This document shows, one piece after another, positions 34,601 to 36,401 of a DNA stretch of 36,401 nt. The stretch's first letter is position 1. Every line of letters starts with the position of its first letter. Source of the DNA: Phycisphaerales bacterium (GTDB lineage Bacteria; Planctomycetota; Phycisphaerae; Phycisphaerales; SM1A02). The notes under the pieces were generated by a model that saw only the letters and a program-made list of their open reading frames with translations, ran no database searches and was not told where the DNA came from. Where the stretch lies: assembly GCA_018882625.1 (NCBI GenBank), contig VERO01000001.1:1-36401 (forward strand). The letters run 5' to 3'. Made by a program: the position numbers and the translations under genes.

Positions 34601-36401
34601 ACCGAGATCTGCGACGGCTCCAACCTGGACGAGGACTGCGACGGGTATGCGGACGACCTCGACACGGTCGGCGGCGCGTCCGGCAAGGTGACCTACTACG
34701 TCGATGGCGATAGCGATGGCTACGGCGCGGGAGCAGGCACGGACTACTGCGACCCGCCTGTCAACACCTCGACGATCGCCGGCGATTGCAACGACTCTTA
34801 CGCCTACATCAGCCCGGTCGGCACCGAGGTGTGCGACAGCTACGGCACGGCGCGCGACGAGGACTGCGACGGGTACGCGGACGACGCGGACCCGCAGGCC
34901 AGCTCGATCGGGAACCGCTCCACGTGGTACCGCGACTCGGACAACGACGGCTACGGCACTGCATCGGTGACGGACCTCCGCTGCGACGCAGGCACCGGCT
35001 CAGACGGCTACTCGTACATTGCCAACAGCGCGGACTGCGATGACACCACCGCCACCCGCGACCCTGGCAACGAGGAGGTCTGCGATGGCCTCGACGTGGA
35101 CGAGGACTGCGACGGGTATGCCGACGACGCCGACCCGCAGGCCAGCTCGATCGGGAACCGCTCGACGTGGTACCGCGACTCGGACAACGACGGCTACGGC
35201 GTGCTCGGCGTTACGGCGCAGCGCTGCGACGCGGGCACCGGCAGCGACGGCTACTCGTACATCGCCAACAGCACGGACTGCGACGACACGACCGCCACCC
35301 GCGACCCTGGCAACGCTGAGGTCTGCGACAGCTCCAACCTCGACGAGGACTGCGACGGGTACGCGGACGACCTCGACGTGGGCGGCGCGTCAGGCAAGGT
35401 GCCCTACTACACCGACATCGATGGCGACGGCTATGGCGTCACGACAAGCGTGGTGGGCACGTTCTGCGACGGCGGGGCAAGCCGCTCTGCCTTGGCCGGC
35501 GACTGCAACGACGCGTACACGTACATCAGCCCCGCGGGCACCGAGGTGTGCGACAGCTACAGCCCTGCGCGTGACGAGGACTGCGACGGTCTCTCTGACA
35601 ACGCCGACCCCTCGGCCCTCGACTCAGGCAAGAGCAACTTCTACCTCGACGGCGACCGCGATGGCTACGGAGCCGGCAACGCCGAGCGCTTCTGCGACCT
35701 GCCCGCCAAGTACTCATCCAACCCCGATGACTGCAACGATACGAACGCCGGCATCAGCCCAGGCGACGCGGAGATCACGGCGGACGGCATTGATCAGAAC
35801 TGCGATGGCTCCGAGATCTGCTTCGAGGATCTCGACAGCGACGGCTACCGCACCGGCATCACCCGCGTGTCCGTCGACTCCGACTGCGACGACCTGTTGG
35901 AGGCCCTTGACTCCGATCCCGGCGGCGACTGCGATGACGCATACTCGTACATCAGCCCGGCGGGTGCCGAGGCATGCGATGCCTACACGCCCGCGCGCGA
36001 CGAGGACTGCGACAACCTCACCGACGACGCGGATCTGGGCGGCGCGAGCGGCAAGGTGACCTACTTCGCCGACTCCGACTCCTTCGACTCGCTGCGCCCC
36101 GGACAGTCGGTGGTGGACACCTTCACCTACACGATCCGCGACTCGTTCGGCGCGCTCAGCACGGCGACGGTGAGTGTCACGGTGACTGGCGCCAACGAGG
36201 GCCTCACCATCATCGGCACGCGCCGTGGCGACCTCAACCTCAACGGCACCGAGGGCAACGACGTCATCTACGGCCGCCAGGGTGGCGACGTGGTCGATGG
36301 CCGCGGCGGCGCCGACCGCATCTTTGGCGGCCAGGGCCATGACAAGCTCTATGGCGGCGCCGGCAATGACGAGGTGCAGGGCGGCAACGGCCGCGATACG
36401 C
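31622..36401 (+). CDS. Giant secreted repeat protein (3' partial): signal peptide, NHL-like beta-propeller, about 15 Cys-rich DxDxDGYG / MopE-type 'putative metal-binding' modules, VCBS-like domain, RTX repeats
   Basis: Manual translation with codon starts at 31622, 31625 and so on shows no stop up to the window end, which is more than 1,590 codons. The N-terminus is MFRTPRQHHPSGSESSWWAWSVRRLAVGLLAISGAFSASSAPSRA. Propeller-like repeats include LSAPSALAIGPDGNLYIGN and VSSPGLAIAPDGRLYVSD. The repeated unit is D.D.DGYG...C...DC(D/N)D....(Y/I).P...E.CD....D.DCDG. The end reads GNDVIYGRQGGDVVDGRGGADRIFGGQGHDKLYGGAGNDEVQGGNGRDT. The frame is absent from the supplied track because it has no in-window stop. 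An in-frame ATG at 31400 is a less likely start because it lies in a low-GC leader. Confidence 0.85.
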   Translation, partial: MFRTPRQHHPSGSESSWWAWSVRRLAVGLLAISGAFSASSAPSRADIIFATGKSTGDLIRYDSQDPVGTRTVLASGTLSAPSALAIGPDGNLYIGNAGNGTTIAPSIVRLSVGTGTFTTVHTFSSYDIVPGSMVFQGSALLVGRDPDSGNAGPVVRLTNVTGGTVTVSNYTSGGNLVSSPGLAIAPDGRLYVSDQTWNLLSLVASGPVKRFDASGAFVDEVIADGASGLQGPAGMVIGGNQLFTASYMNGGVLATSLVSGATTSFASAGAPFEARALTLLADGSLLAGSGVDGSIRRFGSGGALLETFATDIGPIGGLAAVVPNGPSECPNEPGAASIFVGVDSDGDDYCSTASGGTDCDDGANDVYPGAPELCGNVGFNNDCDNAGASDDQTPFVLHRDVDGDGYGDVNVFHPQFVIDCASNWPGYVNDRNDCNDNDRYVNPSAAEICDGIDNNCSNSIDENQSNIDYYADTDDDGFGAGARVGSFCSEAAARVRLSNPTGNYSTTSDDCGASDSAVYPGAPENCANLGTNNDCDGYNDETEVIAAGAGDLQTFYADADGDGYGSQSDTTGSPFCSRPSGRSATNNDCNDTYGAGAPINPGAAETCNGIDDDCDGTADDGLPSSDYYVDGDDDGYGTGTSLGSYCSEAAARVRLGNPSGNYSTRSTDCADGDAARNPSAAETCNGIDDDCDSSPDDGLPSSAYYVDGDDDGYGTGTSLGSYCSEAAARVRLGNPSGNYSTASTDCDDASAAARPGLPEICADYGTDNNCDGDRYDYDNTAPDLIRFHQDLDGDGYGVAGGFSVEACETPEPANRWATRTGDCNDSYAYISPLGAEVCDSYSTARDEDCDGYADDLDTAGGASGKVDYFTDTDGDGYGTGSAQSRCDQPASTSAFAGDCNDSYAYISPVGTEVCDSYSTARDEDCDGYADDLDAQASSIGNRSTWYRDSDSDGYGALNVTAERCDAGTGSDGYSYIANSTDCDDTNAARDPGNTEICDGSNLDEDCDGYADDLDTVGGASGKVTYYVDGDSDGYGAGAGTDYCDPPVNTSTIAGDCNDSYAYISPVGTEVCDSYGTARDEDCDGYADDADPQASSIGNRSTWYRDSDNDGYGTASVTDLRCDAGTGSDGYSYIANSADCDDTTATRDPGNEEVCDGLDVDEDCDGYADDADPQASSIGNRSTWYRDSDNDGYGVLGVTAQRCDAGTGSDGYSYIANSTDCDDTTATRDPGNAEVCDSSNLDEDCDGYADDLDVGGASGKVPYYTDIDGDGYGVTTSVVGTFCDGGASRSALAGDCNDAYTYISPAGTEVCDSYSPARDEDCDGLSDNADPSALDSGKSNFYLDGDRDGYGAGNAERFCDLPAKYSSNPDDCNDTNAGISPGDAEITADGIDQNCDGSEICFEDLDSDGYRTGITRVSVDSDCDDLLEALDSDPGGDCDDAYSYISPAGAEACDAYTPARDEDCDNLTDDADLGGASGKVTYFADSDSFDSLRPGQSVVDTFTYTIRDSFGALSTATVSVTVTGANEGLTIIGTRRGDLNLNGTEGNDVIYGRQGGDVVDGRGGADRIFGGQGHDKLYGGAGNDEVQGGNGRDT
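33422..33883 (+). repeat. Two tandem 231-bp (77-codon) near-identical coding repeats inside the giant gene
   Basis: Units 33422-33652 and 33653-33883 both encode P(G/S)AAETCNGIDDDCD..DDGLPSS.YYVDGDDDGYGTGTSLGSYCSEAAARVRLGNPSGNYST. A diverged partial copy (SFCSEAAARVRLSNPTGNYST) lies at about 33075-33140. Confidence 0.85.
34160..35575 (+). repeat. Array of two interleaved coding repeat types: B of 228-231 bp and A of 243 bp, in the order B-A-B-A-A-B
   Basis: B units are at 34160-34387, 34631-34858 and 35345-35575 (..GGASGKV.Y..D.DGDGYG...DCNDSYAYISPVGTEVCDSY.TARD). A units are at 34388-34630, 34859-35101 and 35102-35344 (EDCDGYADD.D.QASSIGNRSTWYRDSD.DGYG...RCDAGTGSDGYSYIANS.DCDDT...DPGN.E.CD). 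Long runs of identical nucleotides occur between copies. Confidence 0.85.
36245..36401 (+). other. RTX (hemolysin-type Ca-binding) nonapeptide repeats at the window edge
   Basis: There are consecutive GGxGxDxUx-type units: GTEGNDVIY, GRQGGDVVD, GRGGADRIF, GGQGHDKLY, GGAGNDEVQ and GGNGRDT. Confidence 0.8.

Noticed and set aside
33422-35575. Regularly spaced near-identical DNA repeats that could superficially suggest a CRISPR-like or satellite array.
   Set aside because: The units are 228-243 bp, directly abutting without unique spacers, in phase with one long ORF, and encode protein modules. No cas genes are present and there are no short palindromic repeats.
32373-36342. Track ORFs inside the giant gene region (32373..33074, 33288..33974, 34039..34499, 34704..35043, 35019..36059, 35974..36342, and minus-strand 35714..36340).
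   Set aside because: These are off-frame readings of the repeat array and are Thr/Ala/Arg/Pro-rich. The frame starting at 31622 is continuously open and encodes coherent Cys/Asp/Gly repeat modules plus RTX repeats.

Overview
This is a very GC-rich bacterial chromosomal segment with high coding density. I support 28 protein-coding genes and one tRNA-Val(CAC). I found no rRNA, CRISPR array, transposase or integrase.

Gene content from left to right:
- 2-3731 (-): a heterodimer-type pair of fused ABC exporter genes.
- 3784-7691 (+): a secreted Ala-rich hypothetical protein translationally coupled to a TCAF/enhancin-like M60 metallopeptidase.
- 7633-14242: a lipid/polyketide-flavoured block. It holds a SAM methyltransferase, an acyl-CoA dehydrogenase and a CoxG-type SRPBCC protein. 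It also holds a four-gene, stop/start-overlapping operon of methyltransferase, FAD oxidoreductase, type III polyketide synthase and a CutC-family protein.
- 14266-18018: housekeeping genes (serC, a YjbQ-family protein, a GT87-like membrane protein, an OsmC-like protein).
- 18026-31227: an envelope/secretome block. Four secreted proteins carry the same roughly 50-aa duplicated dockerin-like module: an NxxGxxAF repeat protein, an alpha/beta hydrolase, a CBM2-GH18 chitinase and a CBM2 protein with a GH6-like core. A PEP-CTERM protein, a YcfL-like lipoprotein, an APH-like/P-loop kinase fusion, a GDSL esterase and an EI24/CysZ-like protein are interspersed.
- 31622-36401 (+): after the tRNA, a very large open frame that is missing from the supplied ORF track because it has no stop inside the window. 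It encodes a signal peptide, an NHL-like beta-propeller, about 15 Cys-rich DxDxDGYG (MopE-type) modules and RTX repeats.

The PEP-CTERM variant, the dockerin-like modules and the GC content suggest a Planctomycetota/Phycisphaerae-like organism. That is an inference only.

The most interesting items are the giant repeat protein, the type III PKS-CutC operon and the dockerin-like module family, which has no cohesin partner in view.
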